Both the position numbers and the translations under genes were made by a program. DNA of 49,749 nucleotides from Octopus bimaculoides. Taxonomy: Eukaryota. Positions 22,271 through 34,725 of this stretch are shown here, one piece after another (positions within the stretch are counted from its first letter, which is position 1; the number at the start of each line of letters is the position of its first letter). The stretch covers positions 61,701,494 through 61,751,242 of the forward strand of contig NC_068982.1 in NCBI RefSeq assembly GCF_001194135.2. Reading direction: 5' to 3'. Below the pieces are notes generated by a model that was not told the DNA's origin, searched no databases, and saw only the letters and a program-made list of their open reading frames with translations.

Positions 22271-22516
22271 ATGTGTGTGCATTCACAGTTTGGACAAAAT
22301 AATGGGAACATCTTGTTAAATGGAAGTTTTATTATTTAATATAGAGTCGGTCCACTTTTTGCATCAATCACAGTTTTAATACTGTAGAATTAACTTGTAT
22401 TGGAAGTCATTTACCTTTCAACTGTGATGCCACTTAGTCAAAAGGATCTTAGTACTGAAGGCTGCATGACGACCTCAGTAGTGCTGATACCATGAAAAAA
22501 GTAGCCAGTATATATA

Positions 22517-23380
22517 TGAGGTGGTATCAAAAGGTTTCCGGATTAGTTATGTTTAATAAAAAATAACTTATTTACTTAAGTTTAAGCATCATCTCCTTTG
22601 AAATAGTCATCTTGTGCAGCAATACATCAGTCCTAGCATTCCTGCCACTTTTGGAATCTAGCCTGGAAGTCGTTTTCCGTAAGTGAGTCGAGAACCTTCT
22701 GTGATTCACTCTGAATCTCAACAGCGGTGACCTTTGAGCTGCATTTTCATCTTGGGGGAGAGATGGATGTCTATAGGTGCTAAATCTGGTGAATAGGGTG
22801 GGTGTAGAAGTGATACCATGTTGGTTTTGGCAAGAAACTCACAAGTGAGGAGGGTTTGGTGAAGAATCCAATTCTTCACACTCCACAGATCTGGTTGCTT
22901 TCGCCATATGTCCTCCCTCAAATGCTTCAACACATCACTGTAGAACTCTTGATTGATGGTCTGGCCCTGGGAGATGAATTCTCAATGCACAATAGCACAT
23001 TTCTAGGGATGATGCTCGTGGCAGGTCTTCAAGATCACTCATTGTCTTCCAAGAACGCTCTTCTGCTTTTGAAGCACCTGTGCCACTTGAAACATAGTGT
23101 ATGACCCATTGACCCCCCATTGCTGTAAGCTTACCAATGCTTGCTCAATGTTTCCATAGCAGACTTTCCAAGTTTAATGCCAAATTTGTCCATGACAAAA
23201 TTGCAGACTACAGCATACATGTGATCACAAATTTCACATTTTGTGAATAAACACAGTGATGTCACTCTCGGCACACTGCCTCATAAAGGTCACTACTAGC
23301 TCTCACTGTGCATCCAACCATGTGGTGCCATCTGTTGGCACATTACAGATATAGTTCGGGAACTTTATGAAACCATCTCA
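22517..23380 (-). mobile_element. Mariner (Tc1/mariner, DD34D-type) element, internally deleted, with both TIRs and TA TSD
   Basis: Peptides IKLGKSAMET, CFKWHRCFK..AFLEDNE, RKQPDLWSVKNWILH and HPPYSPDLAP.D...PKMKMQLKG; ends TA|TGAGGTGGTATCAAAAGGTTTCCG and reverse complement TA|TGAGATGGTTTCATAAAGTTCCCG. Confidence 0.9.
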
Positions 23381-23421
23381 TATTTATGTATCAGAAAAAA
23401 GAGATGACAAAGGAATAAACT

Positions 23422-23613
23422 ATTATTTTATGAACTTCATTAGCTTACAGCCATTTCCACTATAAGATGTGGCGAACTTAGAGGTGAGTGCCTGAATAAC
23501 ACCTTATAGCTTCATTGGGATCTCAAACATCATGTTTGCTCAGGCACTTAACAATGAGTCCATGATGTCTTCTTGTGGAAACAGTTGTAAGCTAATAAAG
23601 TTCATAAAATAAT
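23422..23613. repeat. 39-bp inverted repeat whose arms carry decayed hammerhead 3' halves
   Basis: 23575-23613 GTGGAAACAGTTGTAAGCTAATAAAGTTCATAAAATAAT versus the reverse complement of 23422-23460: 4 mismatches; GAAACAG(T)TGTAAG resembles the 15682-15695 motif. Confidence 0.7.
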
Positions 23614-23860
23614 TGCTTACCCCTATTTTCTTATTACCACTCTGTACTTGACTAACACTTGCTTTAGAAGCATGCACATATTGAGTTCTACACCAGGTTA
23701 TTAGTATCATAATGCCAAAGCAAAATAAATATGTATGTATGTATGTATGTATGTATGCATGTATGTACACACATACAAACATATATGTATGCATGCATAC
23801 ACATGTATTTGTTTGACTATGTAGACCTAACTTTTTCTCTCTCTCCATATATATGTGTGC

Positions 23861-23899
<39 letters not shown>

Positions 23900-24098
23900 T
23901 ATATATGTACACAGTCAGCCTTCAAATTTTTCTATCTAAAAGGGTTTTTCAACCCAACATATTATTTATAGCCTTATGTGTTTTGTGATCCACTCTTCCA
24001 AAAAGGAATTATTTCACATACACACACACACACACACATGTATGTATGTATGTATGTATGTGTACATATGTATATATGTAAATATATTTATGTGTATA

Positions 24099-24136
<38 letters not shown>

Positions 24137-24679
24137 CATATGTATATCTGTATCTATATATTTATATATTATCTGGTGTGCAGCATATTTTCAAGGCAGT
24201 TCTTGTTTAGGATAACATGCTCCAATGCTTTACTATTGATGTTTTTCCTGATCATGTTTCTCTTCAGTGCATCTTTGAAGTGAAGCAGTCACCTCTCTCA
24301 CTGGCATGATTTATAAGAATTATTTGAGCTCTTCAGTTTACTAGTCACTATAAGGTACTCATTATTATTCTCTTGGGTAACATCTAAGGTGGGTGTAGGT
24401 GGTAGTTTCTGCCATGTATTTAAAAGACTGCACAATATATTTTAATATTTACATCCTTAAGACTTGTTGAAATTGTTATCGTTATTTTCATAGCCTATCT
24501 TGAATTTTCATACATTTTTATGTTAGGCTTGTATATCTATTTCTTTGTTGGCATCAAAAGGTCAAACATAAAGTTATGTTTAAAAGAGAGAGAATTGTAT
24601 TTGCCTTGCGCATTAACTATGCAGAGTCACAGGAGTGTGAATGATTGCTATGCAAAACTTCCCTGGTTCAGTATTGATT

Positions 24680-24880
24680 TCAAATTTTGATGCATGGTCA
24701 CAATTCAAGTAGGAGGGAATATGCAGTTACTATGACCCCAGTACTTGAAATAAATGGTGATTATTTAATCCACCTTGGAAGATTGATAAGTAAAGGTGCC
24801 TTGGATTCAAGCTCAGAATTTTAAAGAATGCAACTGGATACTGCAAAGAATTTTGCTCAATGTTCTACTGCAAGTTCAAC
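24680..24880 (-). mobile_element. Very degenerate SINE family B
   Basis: TTTCAAATTTTGATGCATGGTC tail and GACCCCAGTACTTG remnants. Confidence 0.45.
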
Positions 24881-25125
24881 TTTAATTAGAGATAATGTTT
24901 TTAATTTTGTTTATGATATACAAAATTATTTTTGGGTATTACCATCATAGCATAAATACCTTAATATTATTACTTTTGGTAAAAAAAAAATAGTCTGTAT
25001 TTGACAGTGTTCATATTTAACCCTTTTGTTACTATATTTCTGCTGAAATACACAGCTAGTCTTTCAATAAGTTTTGAAAATAATGCAGAATTTAGTAAGA
25101 TAACTTTGTGATTATTAAGCTGATG

Positions 25126-25341
25126 AGGTGGTGAGCTGGCAGAAACATTAGCATGCTGAGTGAAATGCTTAGTGGTATTTCGTCTGTCTTTACATTTTGA
25201 GTTCAAATTCCGCTGAGTTCAGCTTTGCCTTTCATCCTTTCGGGGTTGATAAATTAAGTACCAGTTGCATACTGGGGTCGATCTAATCGACTGCCCCCCC
25301 ACTCCCCCCAAATTTCGGGCCTTGTGCCTAGAGTAGAAAAG
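25126..25341 (+). mobile_element. Well-preserved SINE family B copy with TSD
   Basis: Full head, B box and central domain; ATTAAGCTG(A/G)TG duplicated at 25114-25125 and 25342-25353. Confidence 0.9.
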
Positions 25342-26102
25342 ATTAAGCTGGTGCTTGAAACATAAACTAACAGGAGATTTTGATGGAAGGTTTTAATTTA
25401 GATCACATTAAAACAGGATGTTTGTATCAAAGAGTCAGGAGTGGGCTCAAGTGGGTTGATATCAAAAGAGTTAAATTGAAATCTTTTCATACAATTTTAT
25501 CTCAGAATCTTTTGTTGAGTTTGATTCCAAACACTAGGTTGATAACAAAAATCTTAGATATGTTGCTAAATCCTTCTAAATTCTCAATTAATATGAAATT
25601 AATTGAAACATAGCATATTTGATTAGAAATGTAGTCACAAAAGAATTATGTTGTTCACACTTAAACTAAGACATAACATCATGCTGAAAATGCAAATATA
25701 ATGATAGATCTTAATATTTTCCCTGACAAAAATGCTTGATAACTTATCCAATTGATCTTTGGTTATGTGCTTAATTAATTTTACTCATGTTCTGTCATTA
25801 AGTACTTGTTTTTCTGTAATAGCAGATGTATTGTCTTGACTATCAATCACTTAATTCTTTAATACATAAATATATTGGATCTTCATAGCACAATTCTTTG
25901 GTTTATTTTTCTTCTATACTTAGAGCAGTTGTAGTGTTCTTTAAAATATTAATCATTAATTCACATATATAAATTCATTTTTGCATCTGTTTGGGTTTTT
26001 GGGCTGTGGTTTGTTTCTGTAATTGTAGTACTGCACCTGCTTACAAACCATCTTTCCTAGATTATATATGCCAGTGTGTGTGTGTGTATGTGTATCTGTC
26101 TG

Positions 26103-26153
<51 letters not shown>

Positions 26154-26354
26154 NNNNNNNNNNNNNNNNNNNNNNNNNNNNNNNNNNNNNNNNNNNNNNN
26201 NNNNNNNNNNNNNNNNNNNNNNNNNNNNNNNNNNNNNNNNNNNNNNNNNNNNNNNNNNNNNNNNNNNNNNNNNNNNNNNNNNNNNNNNNNNNNNNNNNNN
26301 NNNNNNNNNNNNNNNNNNNNNNNNNNNNNNNNNNNNNNNNNNNNNNNNNNNNNN

Positions 26355-26675
26355 ACCGGGCATTGTGAGTGTTTATTGGGCGAAAACACCTAAAGCTCCA
26401 CGAGGCTCCAGCAGGGGATGGTGGCAAACCCTTCTGTACTCTTCCACCGCAACTTTCTCTCACTCTTACTTCCTGTTTCTGTTGTGCCTGTAATTCATTG
26501 GGTCAGCCTTGTCACACTGTGTCACGCTGAATCTCCCCGAAAACTACGTTAAGGGTACTCGTGTCTGTGGAGTACTCAGCCACTTGCACGTTAATTTCAT
26601 GAGCAGGCTGTTCCGTTGATCGGATCAACTGGAACCCTCGACGTCGTAAGCGACGGAGTGCCAAAAACAACAACA
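26355..26675 (+). mobile_element. SINE family D (tRNA-headed, (CAA)n tail); head lost in N-gap
   Basis: Highly similar to the reverse complement of 39884-40190; ends GACGGAGTGCCAAAAACAACAACA. Confidence 0.9.
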
Positions 26676-26853
26676 GTATTATATATCCATCATGGCTGAT
26701 CTTACCAATTGGTTTCGCGCAAGGAATACAATGGAGTGTTAGGTAACAATTTGATTATATAACCTTACGCTCAGCAGAGATAGCACATAAATGTAAAACA
26801 AGGTGGAAAAAAATAGTACTTGAATACCAAAGGTAGAGAAATATGGTTTTAGT

Positions 26854-26954
26854 AAAGCTGCAAAATTTTCACAAAACTGTTACTCAGAGTTTCATATTCT
26901 TGACAAACAGGAACATGACGTTCTGAGTAAGTCTTGTGATAATTTTGCAGCTTT
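26854..26954. repeat. Inverted repeat built from two decayed copies of the hammerhead-bearing repeat seen at 10935-11015
   Basis: Arms 26854-26899 and 26911-26954; the left arm's reverse complement contains GAAA-CTCTGAG-TA-ACAGT. Confidence 0.65.
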
Positions 26955-26962
26955 AATAAAAG

Positions 26963-27018
<56 letters not shown>

Positions 27019-27021
<3 letters not shown>

Positions 27022-27322
27022 TCATCATCATCGTTTAACGTCCGCTTTCCATGCTAGCATGGGTTGGACGATTTGACTGAGGACTGGTGAAACCGGATGG
27101 CAACACCAGGCTCCAGTCTGATTTGGCAGAGTTTCTACAGCTGGATGCCCTTCCTAACGCCAACCACTCAGAGAGTATATATATATATATCATTATCATC
27201 ATCATCATTATTGTTTAATGTCCACCTTCCATGCTGGCATGGGTTGGATGGTTTGACAGGAGCTGACCAGGCAGGAGCCTGCACCAGACTTCTGTGACTG
27301 TTTTGGCAGGGATTTTACAGCT
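27019..27322 (-). mobile_element. Two stacked RTE 3' termini: young-looking copy 27019-27175 and older relative 27190-27322
   Basis: The first is nearly identical to the reverse complement of 180-332. Confidence 0.85.
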
Positions 27323-27324
27323 GT

Positions 27325-28182
27325 AAAAGTTATGCTGCAGTAGGTCGCTATTATGTTGTCAATGAAAGCACTATATGCTACATGAAGAAGAATGAGGTGG
27401 TGATCAGGACTACCGTAGCAGTAAGCTTCTGTGAATGTGCCAAAAAGACAACAAAGGTAAGAAATAAGCTCTTGGTCAGGATGGAATCTGCCTTGGCATT
27501 GTGGATCAGTGAGTGCAAGAAGAAAAACATTGCCTTGAGTGGTAACAACATCCGCAAGAAAGTGCGGAAATTATACCAGCAGTTTGACAGAGGAGACGGA
27601 GCATAAAGCGCTGAAAAACCACAGCCAAGAACATTGATGGCACTGGAGCCTGAAGACTTTCAAACCAGCTTGGGATGGTTTGACCATTTCCAGAAACGGT
27701 TTAAAATAAAGTGTATTTCCCTGAATAGAGAGAAAGCATTAGCTGACAAAGAAGTTGCTGACAAGTACCTCAAGATCATCTGAAAGATCATCAAGAACAA
27801 GGGATACAAGCTGGAACAGGTTTTCAGTATGGATAAGACTGGCTTGTTCTGGAAGAAGATGCCTTCCAGAATGTACATCATGAAGGATGAAGCCAGAGGC
27901 CCAGCATTTAAGGCACAGAATGACAGGTTGATGCTAATAATGTGTGGCGATGCTGTTGACCTCATGATGAAACCAGGACTTATTTACAAGTCCATGAACC
28001 TGAGGGCCTTCAAAGATAAGAATAAAAACCTGCTGCCTGTCCGCTGGATGCACAACCCCAAGGCCTGGATCACCAAAAGTCTAACTTTGAATTGGTTCCA
28101 CCACTGCTTCATATCTCAAGCGAAGGAATACCTCCAAAATATTTGCATGGAATTCAAGGTGTTGCTTGTTATGGATAATGCT
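27325..28182 (+). mobile_element. Tigger/pogo-family transposase pseudogene (CENP-B HTH and DDE N-half), truncated by a SINE head at 28183-28250 (minus)
   Basis: MESALALWI..., SLGWFDHFQKRF, EQVFSMDKTGLFWKKMPSR.YI, KAQNDRLML, WMHNPKAWIT, FKVLLVMDNA; stops at about 27604 and 27781. Confidence 0.9.
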
Positions 28183-28564
28183 GGGAATTGAACTGACAAC
28201 ATTACAATCATGAGTGGAATACACTAACCACTAAGCCATGCATCTTCACTTGGGACAGCAATACATATAGACATTCACCTCAGTATTTTTTTTTTATTCC
28301 ATTTCTAATATCTACCGTTTGCCTTTGTAATCTTTCATAACCTGGCACAGTACTTCAGACTATTGGGGACCACCACCACCACCACCACCACCACTGCTAC
28401 TGTTACTACTACTGTTGTTGTTGCTGTTGCTGCTGCTGGTGTATTTTTAATGAAGCAGTGATAGTAGATCCCAATTAGTTCATTTAATCTAGACAGAAGG
28501 ATCATTATGTTAAGAGGTTACCAATATAGATGAGTTTAACATATCATTAATTAAAAAAGGAAGA

Positions 28565-29046
28565 AATAACCTATAAGAGAAAGTGAGGGAGGGGGGTAGG
28601 GAAAGAGAAAGAGTGATAAAGAGCAAGAGAGAGAGAAGGGGTGCAGAGAGAGAGAGAGAGAGAGAGAATAATAAAGAGCACGAGAGAGAGAGTGAAAGAG
28701 TGCTAGAGAGCAAACAAGAGGGAGACAGAGAGCAAAAGATTGATAGAAAGCAAGAGGGAGAGAGGGGGCAGAGAAAGAAAGTTATAGAAAGTGAGAGAGA
28801 GAAAGAGAGAGTTATGAAAGTGAGAGAGAGAGGTAGAGAGAGAAAATGAGTTAGAGAGAGGGCGGGAGGGAGAGAGAGAAAGAGAGAGAGAGAGAGTAAT
28901 AGAAAGCAAGAGAATGAGAGACAGAGAAAAAAATGAGAGAGAGGTAGAGAGAAAATGAGAGAGAGAGAGAGGGAGAGAGAGGGGAAAAGGAGACAGAGAG
29001 AAAGAGAGGGAGAGAGAAAGAAAGGCGGCAGAGAGAGAAAGAAAGG

Positions 29047-29139
<93 letters not shown>

Positions 29140-29140
29140 A
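28565..29140. repeat. Long imperfect (GA)n polypurine tract
   Basis: About 570 bp, almost all purine on the plus strand, with a near-perfect (GA)n run from about 29050 to 29138. Confidence 0.95.
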
Positions 29141-29389
29141 GTGTTTGATTGGAAACGAGTTGTTAATCGGTCTGTTCTATAAATAGACAGGAGAAATCAG
29201 TGAGAAAAGAAGTGACTTCAAGGAAACTCCATTGTTGCTATAATGCCACAGTTTGATATCTTTGCAGTCATGAGTCGTAACGATCTTTTGTTTCTCTCTG
29301 TTTCTCTCTGGTTGATGTGGTGTTTCTCAATAGTTTTCTTCTTCTTTGTTTATTGTTGTTATGTCATCCCTACTGCTTTTGTCATTCCC

Positions 29390-29671
29390 CCCACCACCAC
29401 CACCGCCACTATCATCACAACAATCATCTTCATCATTACAACTGTCACCACCACCACCACCACCACCACCAGCACTACTACCATCACCGCTACTCCCACC
29501 ACCACTCCCACAAGCAGCACTGTCACTACCACCACCACCATCACCACCAATACCACCAGTGCAACTGCCAATACTACTCCCATCACAGTTGCTTAGATTA
29601 TTGCCACTGTCACTGATTCCACCACCAACACCACCAGCACCAGCACCACCAGCACCACCACAACCACCAGC
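29390..29671. repeat. Imperfect (ACC)n microsatellite running into an N-gap
   Basis: Direct observation; accounts for the poly-P, poly-T and poly-H ORFs. Confidence 0.9.
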
Positions 29672-30343
29672 NNNNNNNNNNNNNNNNNNNNNNNNNNNNN
29701 NNNNNNNNNNNNNNNNNNNNNNNNNNNNNNNNNNNNNNNNNNNNNNNNNNNNNNNNNNNNNNNNNNNNNNNNNNNNNNNNNNNNNNNNNNNNNNNNNNNN
29801 NNNNNNNNNNNNNNNNNNNNNNNNNNNNNNNNNNNNNNNNNNNNNNNNNNNNNNNNNNNNNNNNNNNNNNNNNNNNNNNNNNNNNNNNNNNNNNNNNNNN
29901 NNNNNNNNNNNNNNNNNNNNNNNNNNNNNNNNNNNNNNNNNNNNNNNNNNNNNNNNNNNNNNNNNNNNNNNNNNNNNNNNNNNNNNNNNNNNNNNNNNNN
30001 NNNNNNNNNNNNNNNNNNNNNNNNNNNNNNNNNNNNNNNNNNNNNNNNNNNNNNNNNNNNNNNNNNNNNNNNNNNNNNNNNNNNNNNNNNNNNNNNNNNN
30101 NNNNNNNNNNNNNNNNNNNNNNNNNNNNNNNNNNNNNNNNNNNNNNNNNNNNNNNNNNNNNNNNNNNNNNNNNNNNNNNNNNNNNNNNNNNNNNNNNNNN
30201 NNNNNNNNNNNNNNNNNNNNNNNNNNNNNNNNNNNNNNNNNNNNNNNNNNNNNNNNNNNNNNNNNNNNNNNNNNNNNNNNNNNNNNNNNNNNNNNNNNNN
30301 NNNNNNNNNNNNNNNNNNNNNNNNNNNNNNNNNNNNNNNNNNN

Positions 30344-30590
30344 ATATGTATGTGTGTGTATATGTTTGTGTGTCTGTGTTGTACTCCCAACATCGCTTGA
30401 CAACCGATGCTGGTATGTTTATGCTCCCGTAACTTAGCGGTTCGGCAAAAGTGACCGATAGAATAAGTACTAGGCTTCCAAAGAATAAGTCCTGGGGTCG
30501 ATTTGCTCGACTAAAGGTGGTGCTCCAGCATGGCCACAGTCAAAAGACTGAAACAAATAAAAGAGTAAAAGAGTGAGTAAAGAGTAATAA
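30344..30590 (+). mobile_element. SINE family C tail
   Basis: CCCAACATCGCTTGACAACCGATGCTGG...CTGGGGTCGATTTGCTCGACTAAAGG...(TAAAAGAG)n. Confidence 0.85.
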
Positions 30591-30755
30591 CAATATGTCA
30601 ACGAAAGTTATAGCAACTTCTTCAACGCAAACGGTAACGGTAAAGATTACATAGGCAACATCTGGAGTGGAAGCAATGAGAATACCTCTGTGCAGTTGCT
30701 TGACCTGCTAGAAATAATAATCATATCTCCCTAAATTTAAACACTTCTGTCTTAA

Positions 30756-31031
30756 CCCTTTTGAGACACACTGTGTTTTGGTGTGTGTAGCCAAAAAGAC
30801 CAAAATGTTTTTTCTCTTGAAATTGAAAATGATGGGCACATGTAGAAAACTAAGGATAAAGTGCCTAAAACTACTTTATTAGTATGTGAAACTATATATA
30901 TTGTATAGTTTTATATTATATCTACTGAAAGACAACCCTTGATAGGCTATTACACTTCAAAACGTTTGTTTCATCAGGCTGTGGATGGGCCTCGCTTGAA
31001 CTGATCAATTGGCCTGGGTATCCCAAGAAGG
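30756..31031. mobile_element. Probable piggyBac-type MITE with TTAA TSD
   Basis: TTAA|CCCTTTTGAGAC ... ATCCCAAGAAGG|TTAA; imperfect TIR (8/12); 276 bp; non-coding. Confidence 0.5.
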
Positions 31032-31994
31032 TTAATAAAAGAGCCATACTGAATAATGTAGTTCTATCCTATATGTATTGTGTTTAAATAAATTAAAAAA
31101 AAAAATTATGGGATGGTTTACTTTATCAGGGCTAACCTTGGGCTAAACAACTAATTGCAACACCAGCAGAAATGCCAGTGAGAGAGTTTCCATATAGTTG
31201 TTCACCTTGCTAGATATAACAACCAAAGCTCTTAAATTATGTAACTTCAATGAGCTGACTGAACATTTTGGACTCAAGAGTCGCTGCAGAATGTGAGATG
31301 TGAAATGTCCAAAGGAAGTAAGTGAAATAATATTCAGAGAACAAGTATCAGGAGATTTTGAAAAGAACAGAGAACAGGTATTCAGAGGGCATCTCCAAAA
31401 TTTCAGAAAAATAAACTGAAATTTAAATTGGAAATTTAAAAGTGAGCAGCAAATGATGAATGTCCCTTGAGATTCTTTGTCAGTATTTTACTGAAATGTC
31501 TGAAAGAGCAGTTGTTCATCATCATCATCACCATCATCATCATCAACATCATCACCATCACCATCATCATCATCATCATCATTTATCAAACCTCCATCTT
31601 TCCATGCCTACATGGGTCAGGTGGAGTTTGTTGAGGTAGATGGTCTTGCAGCCTGATGACCTTCCTGTCACCAAACCTCACCCGTTTTCAAGCAAGGTAA
31701 TACTTCACATACCTAAATGTGTTTTCCATAGAAGAATGGAAGCAAATGGCCTCACTAGTACGACAATGGTGTTCATTTAAAACCATCGCATGATGTCTAG
31801 ATTAGGGTACACATAAATACTCACATACAAACACATACATATATACATACATATATGCACACACACATGCACGCATGAACACACACACACACATACATAC
31901 ATACATACATATGTATGCTAAAGTTCCACTGAGAATAGTCAAAGCCATAGCTGACCTGACTTCATTGTGAGCCACCATCTTGAATTTAAACACA

Positions 31995-32935
31995 AAGAGT
32001 GAATGTATTATCACCGATAGAATTACAGTATCCCAAAGACATATTCCAAAGAGACAGCCTCTCTGTGATGTTGTTTATACTTTCTGTAAACCCCTTGTCA
32101 TTCATGTTAAGGAAGTTTGAAGGATATCTCACTGGTTCACAAGGAAATAGAAGTACCAATATAACACACTGTTTCTTTGTGGATGACTTAATACTTTATG
32201 CAAAGAATATACATGAGATGAAAAAGAGCCTTGACCTAGTTACAACATTCTCAAGTGATGTAGGATTGGAGTTTGGTAAGGATAAATGTTGTTATATGGT
32301 TGTGAAAAGAATGAAAATTATAAACCAGACTAGTAGCATCTCCGTCAATGATTTGACTGTTTCCCCTGTATCTGACGAGGAATGTTACAGGTATCTAGGA
32401 GTGGATGAAAATATACCTTACAGTGGCACCTGTAACAAAACATGTGTCTCTAAAGAATATTACTGCTGAATAAAGAAAATTTGGACGTCAGAACTCTCTG
32501 CATTCAATAAAACAGTGGCCCACAATGTGTTTGCAGTGCCAATACTCATACCAACATTTGCACTGCTTGATTGGAGGCTTGATGAGATCCGAGCCATTGA
32601 TGTGAAAACCTAAAAAATACTAACAAGCACACATAATTTCCACATAATAAGTGATGTAAACTACCTCTACCTTAAATGAAAACAAGGCGACAGAGGCTTA
32701 ATATCAATCCAAAATGCCTTTGACTGTCGCATCATATCCCTTCGGCAACATCTTTTAACCACCAAGTATCGAAGTGCATCCCTTGACCAAGTTTGCATAC
32801 ACGAGGCTGATAACATCATAAGACTTGGAAGGCAGCTCCTTGAGCAACTCTCTTTGTCTGATAACCTAGAATACATGTCCAAAGAAGTTGCATGACTCTA
32901 CTGCAGCATATCATCGGACGAAAGGATGAGCCTAT
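31995..32935 (+). mobile_element. R4-clade LINE reverse transcriptase fragment (pseudogene)
   Basis: DIFQRDSLSVMLFILSVNPLS, THCFFVDDLILYAK, FSSDVGLEFGKDKC, YRYLGV, then after stops NKTVAHNVFAVPIL and GDRGLISI. Confidence 0.9.
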
Positions 32936-33429
32936 GAGCAGAAGACTATGGTGTGTAAGGATATATTTTCCAACATGTTCTTTATTTAAGATGGCTAAAT
33001 GTGATTTGAGAGAGATTTGGTTGCTTTTTGTAGTAGGTTGAATGACATTTAACTTAGAGATCTTCTTGGCTTTCACCATAGCAGGTTTTGGTAGGCTGAA
33101 CAAGGGGTATCCAAAGAAAAGCTATTCAAACCAGGTTTTGATGGTCTGCCTTTAAATTTCTCTTTCTATACGACTGTCATTTTCACTTTTGTCTTAATTG
33201 TTATGTATTACTGGCAGAAATTTGTGTGCAAGCAAATGAGGTAGAATAGAAAAATTTCAAATCTATAAGTGCTAAATATAAAGTTAAAGATTCTGGCAAA
33301 CTTATTAGTAAAGTGGCTGTCTTTTGTGGAAAAGTAATTTGACTTGTATAATTTTATGTAGCTGAAATGATACACAATGAAAAATGGAGTCTCTCTGGTT
33401 TTGAGTTTCAAGCAATTTTGATGAATCAG

Positions 33430-34725
33430 AAGCACTTGACAATGTCAGCTATTGATACCTGATGCCTGTTCTAATAATAACCAGATTTTGTTCCGTCTCT
33501 AATTGTTGGATTGTCATATATACAGCCACTTCACATTAAGAGGCAGTTTAAGGACATGAGTATTGAGTTTGTGATTCAGAAGGGAAAACCACCCACCATC
33601 ACCTCAGCAGTGAAGAAAAGTACCACAAAGCACTAGAGCGGCTGGACTGTACCCACCCAAGACCCTGAGAACAACAATCAAGTGAAAGGAAGGATTGCAC
33701 ATGCAATAGGGGTTAGTGTAATAACCACCTTGAAGAACTACATAGTAAAGTTTAACAAGAAACTATACATGCAAGTTCACGGTGCAGTCATTGGTATCAG
33801 TGTAGCTGGAAATGTGGCCAACCTCTTCATGACCTGGTGGGACAGAAAACTTAATCAATTTGTAACAGAACAGTCCACAACTCTTTTACTCTACAGTAGG
33901 TATGTAGACAACATTAATATCCTAGTTAAGACCAACTCTAGTAATAGTAATGTAGAAACTGAGAGGAACATAATGGAGTGCATCCAACAAGTAGTCAACT
34001 CCATTCATCTAAGTATCAAGGTAACTATAGATTACCCCACTAGGCACTCCAACAATAGACTCCCCGTCCTTGATACTGAACTTGGGCTAGAGAGTGTGAA
34101 CAACAAAGTGCAGCTTCTCCACTCCTATTACATGAAACCCATAACTTTGAAATATGTTGTTCACAAAAACTCAGCTTTGTCACACAACATGAAAATTAAC
34201 ATACTGATAGCAGACTTAGTTAGGATAATGAACAATGTGTCCCTATTATGCAAACTCTATGAAATGAACAAACATGTACAGAACTTCATGCACCACATGC
34301 AGTTCTCTGCATATGATCAGAAAGATAGGGTCCGAGTATACAGGGGCGCTAGAAAGATGTTATATAACATTATATGTCATGAAATCAGTGGTACCTGCTC
34401 TAGATATAGAAGTAAAGACTGAAATACAATACAAAGAGCTTGTTACAAAGCAAATAGGATGAACACATGGTATAAAACTGACAAATATCAAGGAGTGGTG
34501 TTTGTAGAGGCCACAGTCTATGGAGAACTAGCTGTTAGATTCAGGAAAGCTCTGAAAGAGACCAAACTCAACATTAAGATTGTTGAAAAGCCAGGGAACT
34601 CCATCAGATCACAACTATGTAGGACGTACCCCTTTGAGAATACCATATGCACCAATGATAACTGCATGGTATGTAGGATTAACCCTGGCATTAACTGTAG
34701 AACTAGAAATGTAGTCTGCAGATAG
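33430..34725 (+). mobile_element. Penelope-like element RT, thumb and Cys-rich linker (Neptune-like), truncated at the start of the GIY-YIG domain
   Basis: FNKKLYMQVHGAVIG, RYVDN (catalytic YVDD mutated), RLPVLD, YYMKP, then WYKTDKYQGVVFV...CTNDNCMVC.......CRTRNVV. Confidence 0.85.

Noticed and set aside
24241-24340. CTGAAGA and GAAACATG strings on the minus strand
   Set aside because: No stem II between core halves and no consistent stem I.
27076-27100. CTGAGGA...GAAA-CCGG hammerhead-like string antisense to the RTE tail
   Set aside because: No stem II pairing, and no U after the palindrome for the cleavage triplet.
27382-28191. Domesticated TIGD/CENP-B-like host gene
   Set aside because: Internal stops and truncation by a SINE before the rest of the DDE domain indicate a dead transposon.
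28583-29182. RE-rich or SL-rich ORFs resembling splicing-factor low-complexity domains
   Set aside because: Direct translations of the (GA)n tract.
29243-30437. Long ORFs (up to 363 aa) with poly-P, poly-G, poly-H or poly-T
   Set aside because: They are translations of an (ACC)n microsatellite plus about 670 N. The same applies to the X-rich ORFs at 12944-13436, 14999-15576, 25956-26493 and 38278-38818.
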